From assembly GCF_009914755.1 (NCBI RefSeq), contig NC_060933.1: 64,000 nt of DNA, one strand, 5' to 3'. The notes under the pieces were generated by a model. It was not told the DNA's origin. It saw only the letters and a program-made list of their open reading frames with translations, and searched no databases. Positions 1 to 14,180 of this stretch are shown here, one piece after another. Made by a program: the position numbers and the translations under genes. This DNA comes from the human T2T-CHM13v2.0 reference genome, Homo sapiens. Numbering within the stretch: the stretch's first letter is position 1; every line of letters begins with the position of its first letter.

Positions 1-604
1 GCTGGGGCTGCTAGAACCCAAACCGCAGTGCCTCCCTCTCTCACTGGCCACTTTAGAAAGTGGATTTATTGGCCTTGTGGTTTCTGAGCGGTTTTGGCTC
101 ACAGGTGCCCAGAGCTCAGCCCGGCTGTGGAGTCCCCCGCCAGTCGCTGGGAGCCAGAGGGGTGGACAGCCTGGCAATCCTAACACTGGCTGGCCCTGGC
201 TCGACACCCAGTTCCCAGCTGGGCCTCTGACTGGGCCGTGTCCCGCTGCAGCCAGGTGGGAGGATGCTCCTGTGCCCCCAGGGGCTGCCCCCGACGGTTC
301 GGCTGGGGTCCTGGGGTTGGCTGTTCCAGTGCCCTCTGGCTCGCGGCAGCCCCAAAGCCAGAGCCCGCTACTGGTTATAAGCTCAGACGTGGGGAGGCGT
401 CTACCCCATGTAGGGAGCGGCGGGCCGTTGGGGGCCAGGGCTCTGCCCTTCCCAGCTAGATCCGCCTCTTCCCAACCACGAAGGCAGGGCAGGGCCTAGG
501 TCAGGACAGGCAAAAATGGGGGCATCCTGCTCTGCAGCTTCCCACCTGCCACCTTGGAGGGACACCCTCTCTCTAGGGTTCGGTCTTCTCCTGCCTCATA
601 GGGT

Positions 605-657
605 CCATTCGGTCACTCACCAGGCATTAACTGGGCACCTACTGTGTGCTTGGTGCA
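605..657 (-). mobile_element. L2 3' end remnant
   Basis: cattcggtcactcaccaggcattaactgggcacctactgtgtgct resembles the reverse complement of the L2 3' tail. Confidence 0.55.
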
Positions 658-3600
658 GCTCCAGTCCCAGTTCTTGTTGGTCCAGTCCCCACTCCACCTC
701 TCACTTTACCTCCTGCCATGCTTCTCCCTCTGGGGAGCCTTCCTGTCCTCCCCACCCCGAGTCGGGCCCAATGTTCTGCTGTGGCTCCCTGGTCATGCGT
801 GTGTTTCTCCCCGCAGCTCGACACCTCCCAGGTGTCTAGGCAGGTCCTGGTCTGCCCGTCCCTGGGCGAGGGCCATTTCCACGCGGGGTGCTGCCTCCGA
901 GGCTCATGGGTGTTGCTGGGTGAATGATGGTGGGCTTAGGGCCAGGGGGACTCGAGGAGGTTGGCAGGGTGAACCTGATGCCCCTGCTGATGCCATAGAT
1001 GCGGGCAGTGCCAGGCACCTTGCCTGGCGGCACAGACTCTGGGAGGGGAGGCCACCCAACAGCTGGCGACACTGGGCCTTGGAGGGTAGAGCCACTCGCC
1101 AGATCGACAGAGGGTGCCGGGGCTGATCTGGCCTCGGGACTGGTCCCTGTCACTAAGGCTGGCCTTGGCATCTGTGCTGCATGGAGGCCACACCTCCCCA
1201 GTGCCTGGCCGATCCCCAGGGGAGCTCCGTGTGCCCTCAGCACCATCATTACGGGGTGGAGTGGTCCTAGAGGAGCTAAGGACCGCCCCGTGATGAGGTT
1301 CTGCCCTCAAAGCGTGCTGCTCGCCAGGCTCCGTGCAGCTGTGTAGATGAGGGTCCCATTCTCCACTGACCCTTTGGTAGCTCTCTGCAGAGCTGGGCTC
1401 CCGGCTCCTTCCTATCCTTGGGGGTGCTCGGCAGCCCCGGCTGAGAATGACGTTAATCAGGGTTTCCTCCTGGCTGGTTCCAGGAAGATTCAGGGTGAGG
1501 AGGGAGGGGCTGTATCCGCACTCAGGAGCCCTGCGTCTGTGCAGACAACCTGCAGACACAGGCGGACCTGGGGCCCTTCCACAGCGTGCACACACGTGCG
1601 CCCGCAGACACCACATCTGCCCATGGAGGCCATGGTATGGGGCACACATGCCGGTGGGGCTGTGGGCAGCCTGCGTGCCCCCTGTTGCCGCCCCCCACCC
1701 TGGCAGCTGGGAGCCTCCTTTTGCAACTCTCACATTTATTTTACAGTGCTCTGCATCGGCAGAAGCTTTCAAAACACTTTCTGCTTGTTTACCGAGCTGT
1801 GCAAGAACATTTTGTCTCCACTCCAACTTAGCCTTCCTTCCAGAAGGATCAGGAACGTGCCCATCTCCAAGCGGCGCCAGCAGTGGCCCCAGCTTCTTAA
1901 AGGGCCAGCTGGGCTCACCTCAGAGGGGGCAGTGGGGGCTTGGACAGAGGCCAACAGGCCGGTCTCTTGCCACCCTCAGGGACTGCCGGCCGCTGACACT
2001 GGGCTCCCGGTGAAATGAAGCGTTAAAGGGTTGGAGGCTGGGAACCAGCGCTGGGGTGACTGGACAGGCTGCCTTTCACCCTGGCAGAATGCTGAGGGGA
2101 TTGCAGAGAGGACAGCCTCGAGTTACTACCTTGTAACCTCAATTTGGCAAGATTGCCCTGCCCGGGTACCCTCCGCTTGGCTGCTCCCTGAAGCAGGGCC
2201 AGGGTTATGGGGGCAGTGGGGACTTCTTTACTGTTCCCATCTGCTGAAGGCCTGGGCTGCGGGACAGGCCCCTGCACACGGGGCTCATGAGGCAAACCCC
2301 GGCTGCTCCCCAGGTGACCTCCGCTTTGGCAAGGGCCAGCTGACCCCCCTGTCCCCAGGGCCAGCACAAGTTCTGTCCTGCAGCAGGGCCTCAGTGGAGG
2401 TGGTGGAGGGAACATCTCAAGGGGCTGGGCCTGGCTGCCTGACCCTGCGTGCTGGGGGTTCCGGCTTCCCCGGGAAGGCAGAGCTGCTGGGTGGGGAGGG
2501 GCTGCCTGCCTGAGACCCAGTTCCCCTCCTGCCCTCCCCTGGGGCTGTTGGTAATTTGTTGGAAATTTGGAGAAGCGACCTTTGTCTTGGCTGTCTCACA
2601 TGGCATCATCCTGGAGCCCCTTCCCCTGCCCAGCGATCCCCCACCCCCCTCCAGTTTCCAGCCTTGACAATGGCCTGTCTTGACCCCCAGTGCTGCTCAC
2701 CAGCAACGCCATCGAGAGCCCCAGACCTTTCCCTTCACCCCCTCCTGCTCCCCCGGGCCCTGCTGCCTCCTGAGCTCATGGCCCATTTGGACACTAGCTT
2801 TGTGGATGCAGCTCCACCGCAGTTGATATTAAGGAAATGAATATTGAATTCACCATGGTCCTCCAAAGTCTGAGGAGGTTTTTCAGGGAAACACACATAT
2901 CCCAGGAAGACACGTAGGAGATGGAAAAGTAGAGCCAACCCCAGAGGGCAGGATTAGGTGAGGAAACAAGCAGCCGTGACCATGTGGTTGGACTTGAGTG
3001 CAATGTTGAGCTTCCTGGCAGCCAGGGCAAAAAGGGAAATGTGACTGGAGAGGGGCTCTCTCTGTTCATGAGAGGTCTTTTATGACATTATTTGTCAGAG
3101 GATCCTTAACTCCGGGCCTGGAGGAGCACGTAGTACGAGGCAGACGCAGACCAGATTCCTCCTGGGGCTCTTGCTCCTAGAGCAGTTGTGAGTGGGGCTG
3201 CCCTCGCTTGAGGGTTCAAGCTGTGAGGATTTGCCATCGGCAGGGGAGGAGGCTCTGCGGGGTTGAGGGTCCCTGAAGCCACAGAGCCTGGGTGTGGTGA
3301 GCCCCTGCATGTGTGAGCGGATTCACAGTGGTCACTGTGCTCTGGCCCCCCAGGGGCTACTCAAGGACCCCTGGACCTCTCTATGAGATGAGAGCTGGGA
3401 AGGCAGTTGGCAGACTAGCTTCGGGCCCTGCCTGGCCACCTGACCACCGTGAGGACTTGGGTGGGTTCCGCCCCTTCTGGGCTCCTGAGTCTCTCACCCC
3501 TGACCCACACTGTGAAATAGGAAGGGCAACCCATGCCGACTCTGGCCCTGCTCCCTGCCAGTTTGTGCCCGGGAAACAGGGCACTGCCTGGTCTCGTGGC

Positions 3601-5039
3601 TTCCTGCCCCTGCCCACGGCCACGGCCGCCTCTCACATCCTGGCACTCCGCCTCGGGCTGAAGGCAGACTTCGCTGTTCCAGAGTTGCTTAAGTAGAAAG
3701 TAACCGGCCCAGGTGTCAGCATCTTGTTAACCTCCTTCAGCCCAGGCTGTGACACTGGGAGACACAGGGCCCAGACACCAGAATGGGCAGAGAACCGGTT
3801 CCTGGAAGCGGGGAGGGCCCCAGGCCCGCCGTCCTCACCCCCACAGGGTGCCACCAGAAGCCCACCCTGGCAGCTGCCCTGGCTCTCCACCCACCTCTGC
3901 GGCCCCCACTCCGGTGCAGCCCATTCCTCAGCAGGATGGGATCGCTGTGTCTCTAGGGCCTCCAGACCCTCCTCTGAGGCAGAGCTGTGTGATTCCTCCC
4001 TTTCTCCTGGCACTTCCAGCCTTAATGGTTTTGAAAGATCCCATTTCTCCCGCCTGCCGCCACCCGTCAGGAGCCTTTCCTCTCGCTACCTCCTGTGCGT
4101 TTTCTCTTCTAGAAAGTCCCTGTGGGCAAGGTGCGGCGGCTGTGACCCAAGCAGGTGAGGGTGGCTCCAGAACACCCCAAGTCCCTCTCTCTGCCCTCAG
4201 ATATGAGCCAGGGTCTGGGCTGGGCCAAGCTTCCAGCTCCCCAGCTGCAGCCAGGCTGGCCTGACCTGTGGCCCTGTAAGGCCTCTGGGACCTCCACTGT
4301 GCCCAGGAATTGGGTCTTCCCTGTCCATTCACAACCAGCCGCCAACACACAGGCCTCAGCCCTCCTGCCTCCTCCTGGAGAGTGTGGCCGGGCTCCCCAC
4401 CTGTCCTGAGAGCAGGGGCTGCCCTGCCCTCCTCCAGAGCCCAACTGTGTGGACCTCAGGGTGGATGCTTCAGGCAGAACACCTGCAGGGGGCCAAAGGC
4501 ACAACATCAGCACAGCCTGTTGGGAACGGAGCCCTCGGTGGTGCGCACAGGCCGGGGTCCCCTTTCCCTGGGCTGCAGCCTCCAGGGGCGGGTGGCCATG
4601 GGATGCAGCAGAGCTCAACACGGCTGAGCCCATAGCTTTGAGTCAGTGCCTGTGCAGGCCTGGACAGGTGACTGGCCCCGCGCCTGGGCTTCCCCGCTGG
4701 AAACGGAACGGAGGTCTGCCCAGTGGCTTGCAGGTGACTGTCAGACGCTGGCAGGTGGCCCTGGCTGGGATGCTGAGGTCCGGAGCAAGCTCATAGATTC
4801 CTTTGGGGCCTGGAGCAAATCAGAAAAGCAGGAGCCCTCACCTCCGCCACACACTTCTCAAGGAGTGGAGTGGGCGCGCTTCCAGAGCCCGGGCTGCTGC
4901 AGGCTACTGGAGAGGGGCTTGCTCCATCCCCTCTGGCCCAGCTGTGGAGGATGCATTAGGAGGAAGCATCGACTCTTCCTTAGGCCTGGAGTCACCTCCC
5001 TGTCCTCCTCGGCTCTCCTTGGATGACAGGTCAACTCCT

Positions 5040-5420
5040 GGCACCCTCTCGCCTCCGGCTTCCTCTCCTCCTGCCCTTCCCTACACGGCAGCCAGAAGGA
5101 TCTTTCTAGAACACAAATCTGATCACGCTGCTTAGGACGGCGTTGCCTCCCATGCCTCTGCATGGCCATCCAGAGAATGAGTCCCCGGGAGACCCCACGT
5201 CGTCCCTCTTCCCGCCATACCCTTGGCCCTGCCGCCCACCCCTCTGCACCTTGGCATACACACCCCTGTCCTCTGGTGCCCCTCCTCCCCTTCCTGTCCA
5301 GCACGCCCGCCTTCTCCAAGTGCAGCTCTGATGTTGCCTCCCTCTGGAAGCCTCCTGGGGTCCCTCCCTGACACAGGGGCAGGCCCTCCCCCTGCCAGTA
5401 GCGGCTATGGAGTCCCAGAG
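5040..5420 (+). mobile_element. Degenerate L2 body fragment
   Basis: cagccagaaggatctttctagaacacaaatctgatca and cagctctgatgttgcctccctctggaagcct are typical L2 3'-region motifs; boundaries approximate. Confidence 0.5.
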
Positions 5421-7157
5421 GCGCTGTGGGACTGTGCTTTGACTCCCCCCACTGTGAGCTGAGAGCCCCCGAGGAACCAAGCCTTAGCCCAGGGTGTCCT
5501 GGGCCAGGCAGGGGCTGTCAGGCTGCCGGGCCCTCGGTGCCAGTCTCTTGTGGCTGGCACTGCCATGGATGGCCAGGGCGGGCACCCACCTTCCCAGTGT
5601 CTGGGGTCACGCATGGCCCATCTCAGAGGACTTCACCCCCCCACCCCCCGTGAATGTCTATTTCCGTTTCCATGGCAGTGCCCTGGGAGCCAGGGCTCCT
5701 GCTCCTGGGCTGTACTTTTCCTCGTTGCTGCCTCTTGTCCTGCTGCCCTGCTGCCTCCACTGTGCCCTTGAGGGTCTGGGACGCCCTTGAGCCCCAAAAG
5801 ATGGGGCGCTGTGGAAAATCCACACGGTCATGCCTGGGGCTTCCCTGCCTCTCTTTTCCTGGCTACACAATGCCCTGGAACTGCAGCCCTGTTCTCCCTG
5901 CAACCCCCACCCAGTGAAGCCTCACCCCTCCCCACCGCCCCTCCTCTATCCCGACCCTGCCTGGTGCTCTGGACCGGCCGAGTCTGCGCCTGGCCCTGGA
6001 CCAGTGGGCCTGGCTTGAAAGCGACGTGGCCGTCTGGGCCTGGGCCGGGGAGCAATATGATTTCCAGCCGGCCTTGGTACTGCTAGGCGGGGGCAGGAGG
6101 AGGTGTGAGGGTGGGGTGCCCAGAGGGGGTGGGGGGCAGCGCTCTGTGCAATGCCAACAGAGACGGTTTCACATTTATTTGGTTTCCAAATCACAGAGTC
6201 ACTGAGGTGGAGGAAACCCGTTTGTGGTGAGTTGACAGGAGTCAGAGGCTGTTAGGATGGACCTGCTGGTGGGGCAGACACGCCTGTCCCAGCAAGGTGG
6301 TTGTGCCCACTGGACAGGCAGATAAAGTGAGGCCAAAAAGGCCTGGCAGGGGCAGTTCACGGGAGAGGGGTCCCAGCTGCAGCCCCCCGATTTTGGCTCC
6401 TGGCTGTGGGCTCCTGGGATGCCTCTAGGATGATTCATGCATTGGTGCTTGGGCCAACTCAGCTGCCCACTCCCTGCAGGCTCTGCCCAGGAGCTGTGGC
6501 ATCCCCAGGACATGCTGGGGCCCTGGGGAGCTTTGTGGGGGAACTAGAAACATACTTCCCATGAATGTTCCTAACCAGTAGAGACTGCCGGGGTGTGTCC
6601 TTGCCCGTTTCTGATTTGTTCGCACAGAACTCCTTCTTCTGCATGGGCTCTGCCCAGTCCTGATGGGTCTCCCGGGCCTTTTATCTGAGAAACAGGAAGC
6701 TGTGAATTTTGCTGGAAGAAAACTAAGTGACCAGCCTTTGGCCATCTGCCTTGAAGCTGACCTCTGGGTTCAAGCAGCCTCCGGATGGGATGCAAGGCCT
6801 CTCTGTACCCCAGCGTCCCAGTGGAGGGCAGGTTGGGGGCAGGTTGGGGGCAGGGTGGGGACCAGGAGCCCAGGCTTTGTGCTGCCACTCTGGGGCCTCA
6901 GCTGGAGGAGGGGGTCATTGAATGCACCTGGTGGTGCTTGCTGAATGGCCTCCTTTGACCCCTCCTTGGCCCACACCCAGACCATCCCCCGGGAGACTTT
7001 GCTGCCTGCCACGCATCTGTCTTTGTTGGCCTGGGCCTGGGTCTCCTGTCCACCGCTCTGGCCCGGTGGCCTGGGCTGTGCCCGGTGAGGGTGGGACCCT
7101 GTGGGCATCCACAGAGAGTGGAGTAGGGAAGGGAAAACAAATCTTATCTGCATGTCA

Positions 7158-7271
7158 CAGATGGGGAAACCGAGGCACAGTGACTCAGATGAGGAAACTG
7201 AGGCACAGTGACTGAGATGGGGAAACTGAGGCATAGTGACTCAGATGGGGAAACCGAGGCACAGTGACTCA
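7158..7271. repeat. 28-bp tandem repeat x4 derived from the MIR core
   Basis: Unit cagatggggaaacYgaggcaYagtgact at 7158, 7186, 7214 and 7242; matches MIR core acagatgaggaaactgaggc. Confidence 0.9.
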
Positions 7272-8762
7272 CACACAGGCACAGGGATTGGCTCCACCAC
7301 AAACACACTCCTGTTTCTGAAGAGTTCTGCTCAGGAAAAGGAGTGGGGGTGCTCCTGGAGGGAGGGAGCTGGGACCACCCTGTGTGGGGAGCAGGAGGGC
7401 GTCACCATGGTGGGAGGGAGGCCGTTCCCTCTATGAGTGAGTCCCCTGGAAGGGTTTCCAGGGAGGAGGAGCTGAGTCCAGGCCCCTCTTGCCTCCCCAA
7501 CCCTGCAGGGCAAGGGCGGAGCACCAGGTGCCAGGCACCAGGGGCTGCTCTGTAGGGGGCAGTGGGCATCGTCAAGACCCCCGTGCCCCAGAGGCCCAGA
7601 CACCTCTGCCCACAGCATCAGGGCTAGTGAGTGGCAGGGGTGGTGTCCATTCTGCCATGGGCCTTGAGGGCTGGCATCCACACAGCAGCTGCCCAGCGCT
7701 GGCACTCCGGTCTCTGATGCTGTAGAATAAGTGGGTAGCAGCCAACCATGCATGTGTCTGTGTGTTGGGTAATCTTTCAGAGAGCCGGGGTCCCCTGAGT
7801 GGGGCTCACAGGGAGGAGACCCCTGTTGATTGGACTGGCTGCTGCCTCCTTCCTGAGAGGGCTAAGGGGCCTGCCTGGGGTCCCCTGCTGCCGTGGTGGG
7901 GTGGGCGTGGCCTCCGTGAGTGGCTGCCTTGGGCCCTTCCTGGTTTCAACCCCTCTGACCCCGTCCAGTCCAGGTTCCCTGACTGACAGCGGCCAGTGGA
8001 ACCCTGTCTGGAATTTAAGGGCCCCAGGAGGGAGAAAGGGACTGGAGTGTGACTTGGACCCTGGAGGAATAGCCCTGCTCCATGGTGGGGGTGGCGAGGG
8101 CTGACCGTGGGGTCTGATGGGAGCACCGCCGCTGGAGGAGCCCCACTCAATCAGGTCGGGCACCTGCCTTCTCCCTGACATCTGCCCCCTCTGCCATTCT
8201 GTCCCAGGGGGCCCCTGCACTGAACAACTTGGCCACTCCTGGGGTGGGCATGCGGGGGTTGCCCGTCAGGCCCCCCTTGGACAAGGCTTGTGCTACTGAC
8301 CACCCTCAGGTCAAAGCCAGAGCCCCAGAGACCACGTGTGAAATCGTCTCAAGGACAAGGAGGCCTGCGGTTCTGGGCATTCCTGGAGGCTCCTGGTTCC
8401 TGGTCCCTGGTCCCCCCTGCGTCCTGAAGGGACCATTTCCTCACCCCAGTGGTCGCCACGAGCCTGGAGCTGAGCCAGACAAACCTCGACAACAGACTAA
8501 TGGGGGTCACCTCCCAGCCTCAGTTTCCCTTTGGGGTAACAGCTCGAGCTGCACCCTGGGGCTGAGGTGGGGACCAAGTGAGATGGGGTTTGGAAGGAGA
8601 TGGGGCACTTCTTCTTAGCCACAATGGTGAGCGTGTCTGATGGGCCTATCTCTCAGGCTGGGAAGCAGAGGCCAAGGGGAGGACTCCACTTCCTGGCTCC
8701 TGATTCCTGTCTTTTAGCCCAGCACGGGGCAGGTCCAGCAGGCACCAGTTAAGTGAAGTCAC

Positions 8763-8860
8763 CATTTAGTAAGTGCCCACTGGAGCCGGCCTTGAGCCAG
8801 GGAACAGTGAAACAGACAGAAACAAGCCACAGTCCCTGTTCTGGAAGGAGCTAATTTTCA
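8763..8860 (-). mobile_element. L2 remnant
   Basis: catttagtaagtgcccact...cagtccctgttctggaaggagcta resembles reverse L2 3' region. Confidence 0.4.
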
Positions 8861-9025
8861 AAAAGATTGCAGTAGGCATTGTCATCAAAGTGGTAGAGAG
8901 TTTGGGGTGACCCAGGCAGGAATCAGGACTGCCCAGCCTCCCAGGCCCACCCTGGCAGAAGGCAGTGGGGAGATGGGGACAGGGCAAGGGGAATGGGCCA
9001 GCTGGCGAGTCCTGGGCCACATTGA

Positions 9026-9612
<587 letters not shown>

Positions 9613-11510
9613 CTAGACTCTCTCCCAGGGTGATAGGGAGCCTCGGGAGAGTAACACGGGAGTGGCATTGCTGGGGTATTTGTGGGGACCACCTGCTGTC
9701 CCCTCCTGCTGACTGGGCCCCTCCTTCACCCCTGCCCTGCCTCTCCTTGCCGCACCTGGGTGAGGCTGGCTGCTGCCGTGCAAACAAATGTACCCCGTGG
9801 CCTGAAAGAGCCCCTGGGGCTTGTGAAATAAGAGTAGAGTTAAGGAAGACCCCCCACACCCTGCCCCCAGTGGGAGCCCCTCTTGGCCTGGAAGAGCAGG
9901 GGTGCGGTGGCACTGGAGGGGAGAGCCTGGGCTGGGCCCTCACCTCCTCCCTGCCGGCCTTGCGACGGGGCACGTCCAGCCCCTGCTCCCTCCGACCTGC
10001 TCCAGGATCCCAGGGAGGGGCATGTTCGGTCTCCATCCCGCCTGTGTTCCCACTGCTGCTCCATTCCCTGAGGAGCGTGTGCTTTGGGTGAGCGTCTCCA
10101 CTCTGCCCAGCTGGCCGGAGCCAGGCCATGTCCCATCCCGGAGCGCCAGAGGCTCCTCCGTAGAGCGAGTTTGGCGCGGTTGGCTGCGGCTCGAGGCTCC
10201 AGGTGGGCTTGTCCGTCCCGCAAGGGCTCACATGCCAGGCTCAGGTAGGTTAGTCAAAGTCCTGGGGGGCCTTCCTGCTTCCGAGGCAGCCCGAGGCAGA
10301 GCCGTGGGAAGGGGTCCAGGGTGCCGGGCCTCTGGAGTGGGCAGCCCACTCACCCCTTCCTGGCCGTACAGCCTGGGGAAGTGTCCTCGCTCCCTCGCCT
10401 CCATTTCTTCCCTGTAAAACTGAGAGAAATCCTCTCTGTGGGGTGAGGGGGAGCCAGTGTGTGGAGGTCAGGGCCCTGCCTGGGGCAGGCTGTTACTCCT
10501 CCTGGGGCAGCCACGGTTCCCCTGCCTTCCCACCTGGGAGAGACCTCCTCACCCTCGGCATTGATTTCCCTGTCTCCCCCGGAGACTGGTGGCCCAGGCA
10601 TTGCCCCTTGCACCCATGGCCTTCCTCCTGGGCCTCCAGGTGTACCAGGCTCAAGCAACTCCCTTCCAGAGTCTGAGGAGCACAGGGGCCCATCTGTGCT
10701 CCTGAAGGGCTCAGAGCCTTGGGGAAAAGTCTCCTAGAAATGCCGGGTGTGGCCGGGGGAGGAGGCGGGGAGAGCCGGACCCTCTGCTCTTCTGTTTGTG
10801 GGCTTGTCTGTGCTGTGTGCTTTTGATGCTTATGTGGTGGTTAGAAAGGGCGCTGGTGGGGGATCCAGATGCCTTTCTGGCTGGGAGCCCTTGTGGGGGC
10901 CTCAGCTCCCCGGCACACTCCTTCTGGGTGGGCAGAAGCTGGAGCCAGCAGGGCCTGGCGGGAACCCCTCAAGTCGGGAGTGAGCCGTGCAAACCGGCCC
11001 AGGCCCGAGGGAGCAGCAGAGCTTAATTAGACCACAAGCCAAGAGGGAGTTGAGTGGAGGGAAAACTTCCTTCCTAATGAGGCCACAGCCGTGGGTTGAT
11101 TTCCCATGCTCCATCCAGTTCGGGGAGGCTCAATTAGGCACCTACTGTGTGCTAGGCTGGAACTGGCTCAGCATTTCCCAGGCGCACTGGTCCAGAAGGG
11201 GCTCCGCAACAGGGGGTCCAGGCTTCCCGAGGAGACAGGGTGGGAAGGAGGAAGTGGCTTTACCATGGAGAGACGGGTGCACCTCAGCCCTTCACTCAAG
11301 GCCAGCACCAACCGTGGCGTGCCCCGCTGATGGTGTGTCCCTGATGTGTGTGGGGAGAGGGTGCGTTGCCCCCATGCTCTTCCTCCCAAACTTAACCACC
11401 CATCACCCAGCCCAACTGTGAGGCATGCAGCAGACGGATCTCGCCCAGGAATGCCCTACAAACACCTGAGCAGCGCTGCTCAAAACTGCCCAGCATTGAA
11501 GACAAGGAAA

Positions 11511-11780
11511 TCGGGAGGCCAAGGTGATCACCTGAGGTCAGGAGTTTGAGACCAGCTTGGCCAACACAGTGAAACCTTGTCTCTACTAAAAATACAAAAA
11601 AAAAAAAAAAATTACCTGGGCGTGGTGGGTGGCATGGGCCTGTAGTCCCAGACACTTAGGGGCTGAGGCATGAGAATTGCTTGAACACAGGAGGCAGAGG
11701 TTGCAGGGAGCCGAGATCATGCTACTTCACTCTGGCCTGAGTGACAGAGCAAGACTTCAGCTCAGAAAAAAAAAAAAAGA
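11511..11780 (+). mobile_element. AluS, 5'-truncated
   Basis: Starts at gggaggccaagg; cacctgaggtcaggagtttgagaccagc; poly-A tail. Confidence 0.92.
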
Positions 11781-12200
<420 letters not shown>

Positions 12201-13514
12201 CTAAAGTGGATTTTGGTCACGAGCAGGTGGATGGCTGTGACAGGCCCACGCCAATGCGGATGAGGATGAGGGGTGGCAGGGCGAGGGGATATGAGTGCTT
12301 TCTGGGCTGTCTTCTCTGTTTTGCTGTAAATCTCAAACCATTCTGAAAACATACAATTTGTCAACCAAAAAGGGGTTCCAGGGCAAGCACGGGGGAACGC
12401 TGCCCTGCTGTGAAGTCACTGAGCAACCCTGGGTGGGAATATTGGTGTTCAAGGCACTTGGCAATCACCTGGTTATCAGCCACGGCTCAGGCTCCAGAGC
12501 TCACGTCAGGTGGCTCCTTAGGGAGTTTAATACACAGAGGGTCCAAAAAGAGGTGTATGGAGGGTGAGATTCGCACCCCTTGGGGGCCCCGTGGAAGAAG
12601 GGGCCACCTGTAGGAAGTGAACTACAGAGGCCGCCCCTGCCAGAGCTGGTGCCTGAAGCAGAGATGTGGGCAGATACCTGGGCCTCCCACCCTCCCACCC
12701 TCCCAGTCCCGGCCAGAGCCTCTCAGGGTCAGAACACAACAAGAACCTGGAAATGAACTTTGCTGGGCCAGTGCCCCACGCTACTGAGCAGAGCAGGGAA
12801 AGTGCAGAGGGATCTGGGGTTCAGCAGACAGAGCCCTGCCGCCCCCAGCGATCAAGGTCCTTGCAGAAAAGAGGCAGAATCAGGGCTCAGAGAGAGAAAG
12901 GACAAATCAAGCTCACACAGCCAGGGAGAACTGCGATTGGAATCCGGGGCTCCCGCCTCCTCTAGCCTAAAGATGCTGACTACTTTCTTGGTCACAGACC
13001 ACGGTGGGGATATGATGCAAGCCGCAGGCCCTCTTCCTGGAAAAATGCGTGCAGGTAAATACTTAGTGCACAATCTCAAGAGATTCAAAGACTCCTTGCA
13101 GCCCAGTCTAGGACCCCAGGCGAAGGTCTCTTCAGTGGCTCTTGAGTCAGTTCTGCCCAGAGATCAGAGCCACTAGAGTTCTGCCTAGAGTCAGGCGAGA
13201 CTAGAGAACTGGGGTCCCGTGGGCCCCGCCTGCACCCCTTTGGAGGAAGGCAGCCAGGCCGAAGCGATCGGGTTCATAGTGGGGTCTTGGGAAGGGCCTG
13301 GCTCTGTGCTTTCTCACACGTTGAGCGCTGACGGCACACGCCTGTCTGATGACGGCTGGTCCAGGCTGCAGCATCTCTGTGGCTCACGGCTCCGTGCTGC
13401 CCCTTCTGCGCCTTCCTCGCCGTGGTGGCTGTCGGGTCCCTTACGTTTCAGGGACCATCCTGAAAATAAACAGCATGGGAGAAATCTTCCTGCAGGGAGC
13501 CAGGAGGACGCAGC

Positions 13515-13665
13515 GGCTCAGGGATTCAGGCATGCCAGAGCTCAAATCCCGAGTGTCACTTCCCAACGGGGCCTCCTAGACCCTCCCCCTGGACTTGCTG
13601 TGAGGGAGACAGGAGAGCTGTGTAAAGCCCAGCAGGCGCTGGCTGATGCGTGGACCATGGCGACC
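13515..13665 (+). mobile_element. MIR remnant
   Basis: gagctcaaatccc...ttgctgtgagg...tgtaaagcccagca MIR-like motifs. Confidence 0.45.
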
Positions 13666-13697
13666 ATTGCTGCAATTTTTTTATAATCAGAAATATA

Positions 13698-14021
<324 letters not shown>

Positions 14022-14131
14022 TCACCTCCACACTCCAATCTTGCGTGTTGACATCTTACCTTTGGGATGCCTTTACAAATAAAATACTTGGTAAAAGTGT
14101 CTTGTATTTGGACTCTGTAGTGCTGAACATA

Positions 14132-14180
14132 GTGTGCGTATGTGTGTGTGTGTGTGTGTGTGTATATACATATATATATA
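14132..14180. repeat. (TG)n(TA)n microsatellite
   Basis: Direct inspection. Confidence 0.9.

Noticed and set aside
936-2018. Overlapping 296-, 223- and 188-aa ORFs
   Set aside because: Both strands open, no domain similarity; typical chance ORFs at high GC
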